A stretch of 64,000 nucleotides of DNA, taken from a virus (Duplodnaviria; Caudoviricetes). The notes beneath the pieces are model-generated. The model saw nothing but the letters and a program-made list of their open reading frames with translations. It made no database searches and was not told the origin of the DNA. The stretch lies in the IMG/VR virus record IMGVR_UViG_3300025902_000014, positions 1-64,000 of that record; one strand, written 5' to 3'. How positions within the stretch are numbered: position 1 is the stretch's first letter; the number at the start of each line of letters is the position of its first letter. Shown one piece after another: positions 28,606 to 37,273 of this stretch. Both the position numbers and the translations under genes were made by a program.

Positions 28606-29283
28606 ATGCCCACCAAACCCGTTCACCAGTGGCCGAAGTGGCCCGCCCTCCTCGTCGAGGGGGACAGGGTCACGAAGGATCAGGCCGCCGAGATCATCGT
28701 CCGCACCTTCCCGAGGTACTTCAGCACGAACGACCGGGAGTGGGAGAAGCTCGTCCGCAAGAAGTTCGGACTTCCGGCGGTGCGCGAGTCGTCCTCCATG
28801 CCGACTTTCGAGCAGGAGGAAAAAGCCTTCGACGCTCTCGGGATTCTCCGCCTCAACTACCTCCAGAACGACTGGATCATGTCTGCGTGGGTCGGGGGTC
28901 CGCACGGCTGGGTGGACTGGAACGGGCGAGTCTTCACGGCCAACTACAACATCGGGAAGTGGCCTTCCCCGGGGGATGTCCGCCGGGACTGGGACGCCAT
29001 CGCCAAGGCGTTCCCCTTCCTCAAGCTCAAGGCCCAGCTCATGAGCGGGGAGACGTGCGAGGAAGGTACCCACGTCATCGCCGAGTACAAGGTGGCCCGG
29101 GGCAAGGTCGTTCGGTCCAAGGTTCCCGGCAAGGTCATCTGCGGCGGCCCGGCGGACGAGGTCGAGGACTTCGCTCGGCACCTCGCCTTCCCGAGTTCCC
29201 TGCGCGAGCGTGGGTGCGATGAGGCCCAGCTCGACCACGCCATCGAGATCGTCAAGGCAAAGCTGAAGGGAGCGAAGAAGTGA
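28606..29283 (+). CDS. hypothetical phage protein (KWP...GGPHGW...NIGKWPS)
   Basis: behind promoter and RBS. Confidence 0.75.
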   Translation: MPTKPVHQWPKWPALLVEGDRVTKDQAAEIIVRTFPRYFSTNDREWEKLVRKKFGLPAVRESSSMPTFEQEEKAFDALGILRLNYLQNDWIMSAWVGGPHGWVDWNGRVFTANYNIGKWPSPGDVRRDWDAIAKAFPFLKLKAQLMSGETCEEGTHVIAEYKVARGKVVRSKVPGKVICGGPADEVEDFARHLAFPSSLRERGCDEAQLDHAIEIVKAKLKGAKK

Positions 29284-29747
29284 CCCGCTACGCCACCAAC
29301 ACGACGGTCTCGTCCGAGCGGTCCCGGGGAGAGATCGAGGGGCTCCTCCGGAAGTACGGGGCCGGGAAGTTCGGGTATCTCTGGGAGGGGGAATCTGCGA
29401 TCATCGTCTTCGAGATGAAGGCGCGGCGGGTGAAGTTCGTCCTTCCTCTCCCCAACCAGAACGACCCGATGTTCTTCAAGACCCCGACGGGGCGCACGAA
29501 GCGCAACCCCAACGGCTCCCTCGAAGCGTGGGAGCAGGCGTGCCGGTCCCGGTGGCGGGCTCTGGTCCTGTGCATCAAGGCCAAGCTGGAGTCCGTGGAG
29601 CCCGAGATCGAGACCTTCGAGGAGGCTTGGTTTTCACATATACTCCTCCCGGACGGGCAGACGGCCGGGGAGCACCTCATCCCCCAGATCGCCGAGATCT
29701 ACCAGACCCGCAAGATGCCGAAGATGCTCATGGGAGGAGTCGGATGA
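29280..29747 (+). CDS. hypothetical phage protein (YAxxTxVSxERSRxEIE...IKAKLE)
   Basis: family-like motif; GTGA overlap. Confidence 0.75.
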   Translation: MTRYATNTTVSSERSRGEIEGLLRKYGAGKFGYLWEGESAIIVFEMKARRVKFVLPLPNQNDPMFFKTPTGRTKRNPNGSLEAWEQACRSRWRALVLCIKAKLESVEPEIETFEEAWFSHILLPDGQTAGEHLIPQIAEIYQTRKMPKMLMGGVG

Positions 29748-30193
29748 CCGAAGCCCTGTTCTGGGACTGCCGGGACGCTGAGAACCTGACCCACAGCTCC
29801 CCCGAGGAGGCCATCGAGGAGTACCTCGACTACCTCTACGAGAAGGATGTCTCGCTCCTCGACCAGATCAAGAAGATCTGCCCGCTGAAGGTCACCGGGT
29901 ACGCCCGGGAGGAGATCACCCCGGAGTTCATCTCGGGGATGGCCCACCGGTTCGCGGAGAAGTTCACCGAAGAGATCGAGGAGGAGTACGGCGACCCCGA
30001 GGGGGACCACCCGATGCTCTCGCCCGAGGACGAGAAGTCTCTCCCGGTGGCCTTCCAGCTCGCGTTCTCCCAGATCCTCGCGAAGGCCACGGTCTGGCGG
30101 TGCAAGGTCGTCGAGACGAAGACCTTCACGGCCGAGGAAGTCGAAACGATGATGAGGGAGTCGAACCCGAGTTGGTTCGAGGAGGAAGCGTGA
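29744..30193 (+). CDS. acidic hypothetical protein
   Basis: ATGA overlap, GGAGG RBS. Confidence 0.65.
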   Translation: MTEALFWDCRDAENLTHSSPEEAIEEYLDYLYEKDVSLLDQIKKICPLKVTGYAREEITPEFISGMAHRFAEKFTEEIEEEYGDPEGDHPMLSPEDEKSLPVAFQLAFSQILAKATVWRCKVVETKTFTAEEVETMMRESNPSWFEEEA

Positions 30194-30543
30194 AAATCAG
30201 CACCGAAGACTTCACCGACGAGCTGGAGTGCCCCGGATGCGGGGGGCGCAACCTCCACCACCGGGAGGTTCACGTTTTTGAACGGAGGGAAGACGAGTCC
30301 ACTGGAGTCCGGACCCGGATTTACGGTAAGGAGACCTGCGTGGACACGAGCATGAACGGGAACCCGAGTTCCCGTCGGGATGGGCTTTCCATCTTTTTCG
30401 ATTGCGAGACGTGTGACGCGCTGCCCGTCCTGAACATCTTCCAGCACAAGGGTACGACCTTCTTGGAGATGAGCATCCCTCGGCGGAAAGGGCTCAACCC
30501 GAAAGACCCCAAAGCGGTTGCTTGTTACCCGAAAATGCCGTGA
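30190..30543 (+). CDS. zinc-ribbon hypothetical protein (CPGC...NPSxRRxG...CExC...QHKG)
   Basis: GTGA overlap. Confidence 0.65.
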   Translation: MKISTEDFTDELECPGCGGRNLHHREVHVFERREDESTGVRTRIYGKETCVDTSMNGNPSSRRDGLSIFFDCETCDALPVLNIFQHKGTTFLEMSIPRRKGLNPKDPKAVACYPKMP

Positions 30544-30763
30544 AGATGAAAACCGAACTTCCGAACGGGGCGAGCACCGAGTCCTGTCTCCGCATCACGG
30601 TAGGGCCGGATGGGGCTACACGCACGGAGATGGGTGCATCCCCGAATGAGCGGGCCATCCAGATGGCGGAGGAGTTCTTCCGGTTCAGCGTGGAGCAGAA
30701 GGACACTTTTCAGAATCATCTGGACGAACTGACGTACGAGTCCATGCAGGACGAGGAGGAGTC

Positions 30764-31276
30764 ATGAGCGAAACGACACGGCGTGGAATTCTGGGGCTCT
30801 TTGGCACGGCTGCGGCGACCGCTGTGGCCGCCCCGCTGGCGGCCAGCCTGCCCACCCCCCACATCGAGGCCCCGCCCCCGGAGCTGCCCCCCTGCCCCCC
30901 GAGGCGGCACTGCCGGATCTGCGACAGGGTCTTCGACAAGGGCGAGAAGCAGATGCCCTTCCTCGACTTCTTCATCGTCGAGCGGAAGGGGCCGAAGGGG
31001 ACTTCCGTCGAGGCCATGGCCCTCGCCAAGGCGACCGGGCTGGTGGTGGCCGGAGCCCTGACCGGGGACGAGCACGAGAAGGTTCCGCTCCGGGACTTGG
31101 AGATCACGAGCGGGGTGGACATGTGCTGCGAGAAGTGCTTCGTTCTCTACACGCACGGCCAGCTCGTTCATCACCCCGATGGGACGGTGGCCATGGAGAA
31201 GCCCGCGCTCTCGGTGGCGGAGCAGAGGGTCTGGAAGAACTACCGGGAACGCATGATGCGGTTTCCGGGTGTCTGA
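30764..31276 (+). CDS. hypothetical protein with twin-arginine-like N-terminus and CxxC pairs
   Basis: TTRRGILGLFGTAAATAVA. Confidence 0.6.
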   Translation: MSETTRRGILGLFGTAAATAVAAPLAASLPTPHIEAPPPELPPCPPRRHCRICDRVFDKGEKQMPFLDFFIVERKGPKGTSVEAMALAKATGLVVAGALTGDEHEKVPLRDLEITSGVDMCCEKCFVLYTHGQLVHHPDGTVAMEKPALSVAEQRVWKNYRERMMRFPGV

Positions 31277-31280
31277 GTTT

Positions 31281-31312
31281 TGATTGACACTTCAAGCTCG
31301 CACTGATAGGCT
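31281..31312 (+). promoter_or_regulatory. promoter TTGACA-N17-TAGGCT, copy 1 of a 32-bp exact repeat
   Basis: TGATTGACACTTCAAGCTCGCACTGATAGGCT also at 34016-34047. Confidence 0.85.
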
Positions 31313-31330
31313 CCCCTGAAGGAGTAGAAC

Positions 31331-31849
31331 GTGACGAAGAAAACGAATCCCGTGTTCAAGCTCGGAGACATCGTGAGCTGGATCTCGCAGGCGCAGGGCT
31401 GCACCCGCAAGAAGGTCGGGGAGATCGTCGAGGTCGTCCCGCCCGGGGAGTACCCGGATCGCGATCGGTTCCTGCCCCTCTACAAGGGCTCGGGGGTCGG
31501 GCTCTGCCGCGACCACGAGTCCTACGTGGTCGAGGCCCGGCAGGTGTCTGGGCGGAAGACCAAGAAGATCTACTGGCCCCGGGTGAACCAGCTCCAGACG
31601 GAACGGATCGTCACAGGGCCTGTGACGATGTGCGACTCCTGTGACATCCCTGTTGCGGGTAGGCCCTACCCTCAGTGGCAGGTTCAGGTGGTGGACCCGG
31701 CGGGGACCATCGTGGGGGCGGTGAAGTTCGCCCCCGACATTGGCAAGGAGCTGGCCCGGATTCACGGGGTGGATGCCAAGGCTGAGATCGTGGGCATCAC
31801 CCTCACAGAGGTGGAGCGGATCTTGACCGAAGTCCTGAAGGAGAACTGA
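31331..31849 (+). CDS. hypothetical protein (SH3/KOW-like N-terminus)
   Basis: FKLGDIVSW...KxGEIVEVV...YWPRV. Confidence 0.65.
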   Translation: MTKKTNPVFKLGDIVSWISQAQGCTRKKVGEIVEVVPPGEYPDRDRFLPLYKGSGVGLCRDHESYVVEARQVSGRKTKKIYWPRVNQLQTERIVTGPVTMCDSCDIPVAGRPYPQWQVQVVDPAGTIVGAVKFAPDIGKELARIHGVDAKAEIVGITLTEVERILTEVLKEN

Positions 31850-32068
31850 TGCCCCAGACGAAGACCCAGAAGCGCGAGACTGCCCTTTGGAAGCTGGAGA
31901 GGGATCTGGCCGACCTGAAGACGGAAGTCCACCGTGAGCGGCTGCTCCAGCACTACAGAGCGTACGACAACCCGGTCGAGTTCGTGCGTCAGCTCATGGC
32001 CCGGCGCGAGAAGCGGATGGAGACCGAGATCACCAACCTCAAGAAGAAGCTCGGGAAGGAGTAGGACC

Positions 32069-32269
32069 ATGGCCATGGACAGACCGAAAGTGACCGTCAC
32101 CCAGATCGAACACGAGTGGCTCGTCCGGATCTTCGGGAAGAACGGGAGGCAGATCCTCTCGGACGAGACCCTCACGAAGAAGAGCTACGCCGTCAAGAAG
32201 GGGCGGGGGATCGCCAAGCAGCTCGGGGCCAGCCTCTGGGTCTCCGGGGTCTTCGTCGAGTCCTACTAG
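32069..32269 (+). CDS. YegP/DUF1508-like small protein
   Basis: WxVRIxGKNGRQIxSxETxTKKSYA. Confidence 0.5.
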   Translation: MAMDRPKVTVTQIEHEWLVRIFGKNGRQILSDETLTKKSYAVKKGRGIAKQLGASLWVSGVFVESY

Positions 32270-32276
32270 CCCGTCC

Positions 32277-32642
32277 ATGTGGTTCCAGAAGTTCATCGCT
32301 CCCGAGGGGTCCGACCTGAAGAGCCAGATCGTTCAGGTGGTCACCGAGGCGCTCAACCTTCAGATCGGCGAGCCGATCGACGACCAGACCTTGGACGTCA
32401 TCGTGGACACCGTCTTCGATGGGGTGGGCGAGATCTATGCCGAGGACTTCCTCGTGGAATGCTCGACCCGTAACAACCCCCCGGACCTCGTGGACCGGAA
32501 CGGCCTCGCTGTCCGGCTCATCTTCTTCGGGGAGGCCCACCCGAAGCCCGATGACCTGTATGGGAAGGTGGACATCCTGTTCGACCCCACGAATGGGAAT
32601 CAGACCCCCAAGGCCGAATGGCTGTCGGAGACCAGACGGTGA
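32277..32642 (+). CDS. stand-alone tail-sheath C-terminal-like fragment
   Basis: GEPIDDQT...DFLVECSTRNNPPDLVDRNGLAVRLIF resembles sheath F-x-V-x-C-D-xx-NN-x-P-xx-ID-x-N-x-L. Confidence 0.6.
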   Translation: MWFQKFIAPEGSDLKSQIVQVVTEALNLQIGEPIDDQTLDVIVDTVFDGVGEIYAEDFLVECSTRNNPPDLVDRNGLAVRLIFFGEAHPKPDDLYGKVDILFDPTNGNQTPKAEWLSETRR

Positions 32643-33061
32643 AGCTCGACGCTGTCCTCTTCATCTGCGACAAGCCGAATAAGAATGGGCGGATCTACTC
32701 CCGGGAGCTGGCGAACAGGATCGTCGAGCGGTTTCACGACATGCCCGATCTGTGCGGGCAGGTGGGGATGCCCGAGGACGGGAAGCTCCTCCTGAACAAC
32801 ATCAGCCACGTGGTCCGGGAGCTGAAGGTGACGGAAGTCGGGGAGGACTGGGGGCTCGTGGCGACCATCGAGACCCTTCCATTGGCAGAGAAGGGGCTGA
32901 CCCTCGCGAAGCTCTTGGAGGACGATGACACCCGCAAGCTCTACACCTTCCGGACTGCCGGAACCGGCACCCTGACCGAGATGCCGGACGGGACCGTCCG
33001 CATCAACAACGACTACGTGTTGGAGTCCGTGAACCTCGTCCCGGCCAAGGACGCCGCGTGA
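32639..33061 (+). CDS. catalytically degenerate gp21-like prohead protease paralog
   Basis: NKNGRIYS, GQVGMP (vs ELDHP), ETLP-KG-L, RTAGTG (vs SSRGEG), SVNLV (vs FDFV) aligned with 51290-53236. Confidence 0.8.
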   Translation: MKLDAVLFICDKPNKNGRIYSRELANRIVERFHDMPDLCGQVGMPEDGKLLLNNISHVVRELKVTEVGEDWGLVATIETLPLAEKGLTLAKLLEDDDTRKLYTFRTAGTGTLTEMPDGTVRINNDYVLESVNLVPAKDAA

Positions 33062-33381
33062 GCTTCCCCGGGCTGGAGCCCCCCTTCCTCGGGCTGCCGA
33101 TCACGAACCTCCTCAACGAGGAGGACGCACTCACGGCCATCCGGGCCGGGTTTGTTTACGTCCCGGACGTCCCATTTTTCGTGAACAAGCACCTGCCCTT
33201 CGAGTTCGTTCTCAAGCCCCACCTCGGTCCCCCTCTGCGGCTTCTGGCTCCGTCGTACGTGGACGGGCTGGAGATCGTGGCCCCGGAGCCGATCGTGGTC
33301 TTCAAGCCCGGGGTGTACGCCCGGAACTGGACCACCATCAAGATCCTGATCGAAAAACTGAATAGGAGAAACGGTCATTGA
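33058..33381 (+). CDS. small protein carrying major-capsid C-terminal-like motif
   Basis: NEEDAL...AGFVYVPDVPFF vs MCP NADEAI...SGYVYAPWVPFY. Confidence 0.55.
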   Translation: MSFPGLEPPFLGLPITNLLNEEDALTAIRAGFVYVPDVPFFVNKHLPFEFVLKPHLGPPLRLLAPSYVDGLEIVAPEPIVVFKPGVYARNWTTIKILIEKLNRRNGH

Positions 33382-33737
33382 GCGGAACTGTGATCGAGTT
33401 TGGGAAGGGGCAGGTCGTCACGACCATCATGTCCCGGGGGATCGGCGGGCCGCTTCAGGGGCTCCTGCTCTCGTCCATCGAGGGGCGGCTCGAAGTGGGG
33501 GGCGTGCTCTCTCATCTCGAAGCGGACAAGGCGGTGCCCCTGACCCTTCTCTGGTTCAACGACCCGAAGTCCATCGACGTCCTGATCCACCAGCTCTCCA
33601 AGCTCCGGCTCTACTACGGGCGGCCCACGAAGGACACCGCCTGCCACGGCCGGGAAGTGGACGCTTTCCCCGTCCCGGACGACCTCTGCCTCGCGATCCC
33701 CGACGACAACCTCCCCCTCTTCAAGGCCGGGCTGTGA
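33378..33737 (+). CDS. hypothetical protein
   Basis: TTGA overlap, AGGAG RBS. Confidence 0.6.
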   Translation: MSGTVIEFGKGQVVTTIMSRGIGGPLQGLLLSSIEGRLEVGGVLSHLEADKAVPLTLLWFNDPKSIDVLIHQLSKLRLYYGRPTKDTACHGREVDAFPVPDDLCLAIPDDNLPLFKAGL

Positions 33738-34015
33738 AGAACCTGACCGTCGAAGAACTCAAGCCCTTTCAGGATCGGCTGGTTCCCTGCATCTGTGGGG
33801 GGCACCCGTCCCTCGCTATGTCGATCTGCGCCAAGCCCCAGACCTACTCCGTCCACTGCATGGGGGACGCCGGGCCGAACTGCTGGAAGTCCCCTCAGAC
33901 CCAGTCCCCCGAGGAGATGGTCCAGCTCTGGAACGGGGTAATGGAGGCCGCTCGGGCGGCTGGGCTGGCCTTCACCCATCCGCCCCGGGAGAAGTTCTCG
34001 GGCAACACCCTTTAC

Positions 34016-34047
34016 TGATTGACACTTCAAGCTCGCACTGATAGGCT
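34016..34047 (+). promoter_or_regulatory. promoter copy 2 (exact 32-bp repeat), leaderless GTG 34054
   Basis: identical to 31281-31312. Confidence 0.85.
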
Positions 34048-34474
34048 TCCTACGTGAGCACAGAGACCATACTCATCAACCTCGGCTCGGCAGTCCTCGC
34101 CTTTTTCTGGGTCAGGGCTTTTTCTCGTTGGATGGAGAAGCACGGGTGACGAATCCCGACATCCCCCTGACCATCCTTCACTGCGAGATCTGTGGGCACC
34201 CCCGGGCCATCTACGGGGCCAAGGAGACGGGCGGGTACTGCGAACGGTGCGCCCACACTGTGTCCACCCACGTTCTGCTCGTGGAGATCCGCACCGAGAC
34301 GGCGGACAGGCACGTGCCCTACCGGACGGGCCGGATCTTCGCGGTGAAGCGCGAGAAGTACGAGGAGAAGTTCCCGGATCGCAAGGGCACCCAGTGGTAT
34401 CAGGTGACCGAGGACGACCTGAAAGCCCTCATCCCCGAGGACGTCCTGAACGCTCCGGCCCCGGTGGAGATGAC

Positions 34475-34837
34475 ATGACCTTCGACGCAGAGAACGACCC
34501 GAAGCTCATCCCGGTCCTCGACGTCGAGCTGACCTCGAAGCCGGTGACCGCTCATCCGGGGAGGGAACTCGCGGCCGGGTGGAAGGTGGAAAAGGCCAAG
34601 CCGCTACAGGCGTTCTACTCCCCCGATGTCATGGACCAGATGTGGATGCAGATGCGGGTGGGCAACCGGGTGTGGCACCGCATCGCCGAGGGGGTGCCCC
34701 CGATCGAGGTGGTCATCCAGCGGATCTCCAACGGGCCGATCCCGAAACACTACTGCGAAGCCGTGGAAACGGGCTACCACTTCAAGCTCCGGCGGGACCA
34801 GCTCTGGTGGTCGGAGGCGTGTGGAGCCAAGGAGTAA
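34475..34837 (+). CDS. small protein with N-terminal major-capsid (gp23) fragment
   Basis: IPVLDVELTSKPVTAHPGRELAAGWKVEKAKPLQA vs MCP IPQIDLILTSTPVVARP-RKLRARWSIEAAAQLKA. Confidence 0.75.
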   Translation: MTFDAENDPKLIPVLDVELTSKPVTAHPGRELAAGWKVEKAKPLQAFYSPDVMDQMWMQMRVGNRVWHRIAEGVPPIEVVIQRISNGPIPKHYCEAVETGYHFKLRRDQLWWSEACGAKE

Positions 34838-35085
34838 AGACGTGAAGACAGCGAAGATCAAAATCCTCGTGGCCGTGGGTAGCAACGGTGACTGGGCGGC
34901 GAGTGGCTGGGGTCTGAAAGGCAAGGCTCCCGACAAGCGCAGCATCGAGTCCATGAAGGACACGGTCACCGACATGGTCGAGGCTGAGGACTACCAGTAC
35001 GTCTGGGTCGAGGCGGAAGTCCCGGTTCCCGAGATCGGAACCGTCTTCGGCAGCGTCATCAATACCGAGCCGTCTCGGTGATCCC

Positions 35086-35451
35086 ATGACGGGGTTCAGG
35101 ATGTTCCTGCGTCTCTCGGGGCCGCCGGGAAGCCCGGACTTCGAGCAGCCAGTCGCGGCCATGGATGTGGACTACATCCATCAGCTTCTGCACCTGAAAT
35201 TCAGGGTCGAATTTCCTCTCATCAAAGACCTCGAAACGTGGTGGACACACTCGCATCGCACGCTCCCGTTTCTCCATCTCGTCTGGGTGGACCCGGAAGG
35301 GGACGAGCAGAACAGCGTGTCCTTCGAGCAGTGCCACACCGCCCAGATCGCTACGACCACGGAATACTCCAGCCCGCAAGCAGTGACCGTGGCTCTTGAC
35401 CTCGTGTTCAGCAAGCCCAGCCGGAGCTTTCCGGGGTCCAGCGGATGGTGA
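35086..35451 (+). CDS. tail-tube (gp19)-like degenerate protein
   Basis: LETWW...LVWVDPEGDEQNSVSFEQC...EYSSPQAVTVALDLVF resembles T4-type tube C-terminal half. Confidence 0.5.
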   Translation: MTGFRMFLRLSGPPGSPDFEQPVAAMDVDYIHQLLHLKFRVEFPLIKDLETWWTHSHRTLPFLHLVWVDPEGDEQNSVSFEQCHTAQIATTTEYSSPQAVTVALDLVFSKPSRSFPGSSGW

Positions 35452-36053
35452 AGCTCTTCTTCTCCGAGGCTGGCCCCCGGGCGGCGGGGTACGCCCGGAC
35501 CATCCGTACCCTTCGGGCCTACCGGCGCATGGGGCAGAAAGAGCTGGCCGAGAAGTCGGGGTACTCCATTGCTTCCGTCATTCTGTGGGAGGCGGGGAAG
35601 GTGGAGCCTGCCGAGGCGGCCCGGATCGACCTCGCGCAGTCCTTCAAGGTTCCGCTTCGGGTCTTCGATTGGCTGGCGGCTACCTCCGACCCCCTGAGCG
35701 TGGACTTCCTCGTGCCCGAGGAGCAGGAAGACCCGGGGAAGCTGTACTTCCGGGCGGAGGAGGTCTGCGCCGAAGCCGGGGTCTGCATGAACACCTTCTA
35801 CAAGATCCGGAAGGTCATGAAGGTCAAGGCCAAACGCATGGCCGGGCAGCTCTGGTACACTCGGGACGACATCGAGGCCATCCGGTGGGAAAGCCATCGG
35901 CGGGCGCGGATGAAAAGTGAGAAACTCGCCGAGTCGGCGCTGGCCCGGCACGAGTACAGGAGGCAGCATGGCGAATTCCGATCCGTGGGTTCACAGGTCC
36001 GAAGGGATGACGTGCAAGACGTGCATGTGGTACGCCCCGAAGAAGTCGGCTGA
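35445..36053 (+). CDS. XRE-type HTH plus second HTH transcription regulator
   Basis: IRTLRAYRRMGQKELAEKSGYSIASVILWEAG; EEVCAEAGVCMNTFYK. Confidence 0.7.
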   Translation: MVKLFFSEAGPRAAGYARTIRTLRAYRRMGQKELAEKSGYSIASVILWEAGKVEPAEAARIDLAQSFKVPLRVFDWLAATSDPLSVDFLVPEEQEDPGKLYFRAEEVCAEAGVCMNTFYKIRKVMKVKAKRMAGQLWYTRDDIEAIRWESHRRARMKSEKLAESALARHEYRRQHGEFRSVGSQVRRDDVQDVHVVRPEEVG

Positions 36054-36419
36054 TGACAACGTCTACCTCGGGCGATGCCGGAAGAACGCTCCCGAGATCA
36101 GCGGCTACCCGGCGGTCTTCCCCGGGGACTGGTGCGGGCAGCACAAGCTCGACGAGAACAGCCTGATTCCGCAGGTGATCCTGACCAGCACGGCTGAGGT
36201 CACGACGGGCAAGAAGGGGAAGTAGGGTGTTCGGCTTCACCCCCGAGCAGGTCATCGAGAACCTGAAGCTCCAACTGGCCACGGCGTGGTGGGTCATGCG
36301 GTGGCCGATGTTCGTGGTCTGCTTGGGGGTGGGGCTCTTCTGGCTCTGGGACGTCTGGCAGGAGCACCTCGCACACGAGAAGGAACTGAAGGGTAACTAC
36401 AAGTTCCGCGAGTAGGAGC

Positions 36420-36449
36420 TTGACTCTCTAACCTTGGTTGTGCTAGATT
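36420..36449 (+). promoter_or_regulatory. promoter TTGACT-N18-TAGATT, leaderless ATG 36456
   Basis: ATG 6 nt after -10. Confidence 0.7.
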
Positions 36450-36637
36450 ATCGCCATGATGAACTGCATCGCTTCCCTTCCTCTGGCGGAGACGGGGTTC
36501 GAGCAGCAGGGGCTTCTCTCCTGCCTTCAGACCTTCGCTCTCCCCACCCTCGCGGGGGTCTTCCTCGGCTACCTCCTGCACCTCTTTCAGGAACTCTGCG
36601 GTCGCCTCTGGGAAAAGTGGACCGAGAGGAGCGGGAA

Positions 36638-37273
36638 GTGAGCTTCGAGACGTTCTTCCCCACCGACCTCACGTCCGTCATCCCGGCTCAGAAGCTGGGA
36701 GTGGCTGAGATCCAGCACTTCGAGGTCTCCGAGCAGGCAGCCAAGCTGGGGAACCTGCGGGCGGCCATGCACGGCTCCTACGAAGACATGGTCCAGCCCG
36801 GGAAGTACACCCGGCTCCTCGTCGGCGGGCGGCTCATGATGACCGACACCCCGATGGAGAAGAGGACGAACCTCGGGTTCATGTCCAAGGCCAAGGGGCG
36901 CGTCCTCGTCGCCGGTCTCGGGATCGGGATGATCCTCCACAAGCTCCTCGAAAAGCCCGAGGTCACCGAGGTCGTGGTCGTCGAGAAGTACCCCGATGTC
37001 ATCAAGCTCGTGGCCGAGTCGCTCCCCGAAGTCCCGGGCAAGGAACTTATCCACGTATGCGCGGACATCTTCGACTGGAAGCCTGTGAAGGGTGAGAAGT
37101 TCTCAACAATCTACTTCGACATCTGGCCGGACATCTGCACGGACAACCTCAAGGACATCACGAAGCTCAAGCGCAGGTTCCGCAGTTCCCTCGCCCCGGG
37201 TGGCTGGATGGGCGCGTGGGTCGAGGACCGGCTCCGGGTGCAGGCCCGGAGGGAGAAAAGGAGAGGCTGGTAA
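36638..37273 (+). CDS. class I SAM-dependent methyltransferase (spermidine-synthase-like fold)
   Basis: MMTDTPME...GRVLVAGLGIG...VVVEKYPDVI...ADIF...YFDIW. Confidence 0.85.
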   Translation: MSFETFFPTDLTSVIPAQKLGVAEIQHFEVSEQAAKLGNLRAAMHGSYEDMVQPGKYTRLLVGGRLMMTDTPMEKRTNLGFMSKAKGRVLVAGLGIGMILHKLLEKPEVTEVVVVEKYPDVIKLVAESLPEVPGKELIHVCADIFDWKPVKGEKFSTIYFDIWPDICTDNLKDITKLKRRFRSSLAPGGWMGAWVEDRLRVQARREKRRGW

